A stretch of DNA of 64,000 bases, taken from assembly GCF_004010195.1 (NCBI RefSeq), contig NC_057717.1:102454849-102518848 (forward strand), written 5' to 3'. The stretch comes from Chiloscyllium plagiosum (lineage: Eukaryota). Positions 62,400 to 64,000 of this stretch are shown in pieces; positions within the stretch are counted from its first letter, which is position 1, and every line of letters begins with the position of its first letter. The notes beneath the pieces are model-generated. The model saw nothing but the letters and a program-made list of their open reading frames with translations. It searched no databases and was not told the origin of the DNA. The translations under genes were made by a program, and so were the position numbers.

Positions 62400-63010
62400 T
62401 AGAAACTTTATAAGACTTTGGTTAGGTCACACTTAGAGTATTGTGTTTTATTCTGGTCACCACATTACAGGGAAGGATGTGGGGAGGCTTTGGAGAGGGT
62501 GCAGAAGAAGTTTACCAGGATGCTGCCTGGATTAGAGGGTATAAGCTATAAGGAGAGGCTAGAAAAACTCGACTTGTTTTCTCTGGAGTGGTGGAGGCTG
62601 AGGGGAGACTTAATAGACATACGTAGATAGGTTTGACAGTCAGGATCTTTTTCCCAGAGTTGAAATGTCTAATACTGGAGGTGGGGGGGGGGGGGCATGC
62701 ATTCAAGGTGAGAGGGGGAAAGTTCAAAGGGGATGAAAGGGGAAAAGTTCAAAGGGGATGCGAGGGGCAGGTTTTTTACACAGAGAGGGGTGGGAGTGTG
62801 GAATGTGCTGCCAGAGTTGGTGGTGGAGGCAAATACAATAAGGACTTTTAAGGATCCTTTAGTTAAGCACATGAAAATGCAAGGAATGGAGGGATATGGA
62901 CCAAGGGTGGATGGAAGGGATTCGTTTAATTTGATGTCATGTTCGGCACAACATATTGAGCTGAAGGGCCTATTCCTCTGCTGTGCTGTTCTATGATCTA
63001 TATTCTATGT
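62400..63010 (+). mobile_element. CR1 3' fragment
   Basis: VRSHLEYCVLFWSP, LERVQKKFTRMLPG; (ttctatg)-like tail. Confidence 0.95.
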
Positions 63011-63519
63011 ACAATTCATACAAATTCAATGATTGAAATGACTCCCAATATTTACTTTCTTATCATGTCGAACATGTGGTAAAATAAATATTGGGAATGG
63101 GCTGTGGATCAGGAATTGCTGATCAAGCTCCAACTACACAGATAATCAGCCTGGGATCCCCTTCAAACCATGACCTGGAATTGAAAGTCTATCGTCTGGA
63201 TGGAAAACATTCCTGATCTCAGACAATAAACAATTCAAGACAAAGGCTGTTGTTTTGTGGTTATCAAGGGAATGAATCGATTTGGGAATAGTTGGGCAGC
63301 TGGATTTTAAGTTAGAAGTTCACTCGTGAGTATAGAACATTGTAGAACAGGTTTGAAGGGCTGAATGGTCTACACTTGCTTTTAGTTCTTCATTCCTTCA
63401 ATTTCTCTTCACTCCAAATATCCGCCAGGTGAGGAAATGTTGGATGGGCAGTCAATGGATGAATAAATAAATAAATACAAAAAAAAACAAGTGAAGAAAG
63501 GTAATCTCCAAAAATCAAA

Positions 63520-63770
63520 CAGGAGCCACACCACCTACATGTTCCCTTCAAGTTCTACACCAGCTCAATTTGAAAGAGTATCACTGGTCCTTCATTGTCA
63601 CTGGGATTGCAGAATCCCCTCCTTAGCATCGCTTTGGTTCTACCGATACCACATGGTCTGCAGGAGCTTGAGAAGATAGTACAGCACTACTATCACCACT
63701 GCAACTGGAGATGGATGACAAATGCTGCCCTGACTGAAGACACTTCCATCTTACAAATGACTGAAAAGGA
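63520..63770 (+). mobile_element. Old CR1/Jockey-group LINE 3' end
   Basis: Diverged match to 37035-37285. Confidence 0.55.
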
Positions 63771-64000
63771 CAAGAGATGAAGAAAGGAAGGGCATCATTG
63801 ATGGTGTTCCACCCGGGTCTCTGTATACATCACAGTTTGGATTTTAACACGTGGATCATTTGAACGCGCAAAGTAACACAAGGCAAGATGGAATTAGAAT
63901 TGAGCTCAAAACTGTTACACATACAAACCAAACGGTGCAGGAGAGATTTAATCTACTTTTTTGTCTGTAAATTGCTCAGATGATCCTCTGCATTACAGAT

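Overview
Repeat-rich, non-coding vertebrate DNA with two assembly gaps (7914-8669, 27795-28460). The repeats are HE1-type tRNA SINEs, CR1/HER1-type LINEs sharing their 3' tail, Deu-domain (SacSINE1-like) relics, Rex1/Babar and L2 LINE relics and several Penelope-like element (PLE) families. This set points to an elasmobranch (shark) genome, an inference from family recognition and not from a database search. I could not support any host protein-coding exon: every recognisable ORF in the track is a decayed retroelement fragment or a microsatellite/gap artefact. The most interesting signal is RNA structure. At least three PLE families each end in a minimal hammerhead ribozyme (CUGANGA-N-stem II-GAAA-NN-UH), about 20 motifs in 64 kb, several with intact cores. 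They occur as 5'-truncated RT/GIY-YIG copies, as 0.2-0.65 kb non-coding fold-back elements with opposed ribozymes and target-site duplications (TSDs), and as one apparently circularly permuted copy. Also notable are a 229-bp near-perfect inverted duplication (47881-48109 / 49233-49461) and a degenerate TTAGGG-like array at the window start. Repeat boundaries were read by eye and are approximate unless tied to a quoted motif.
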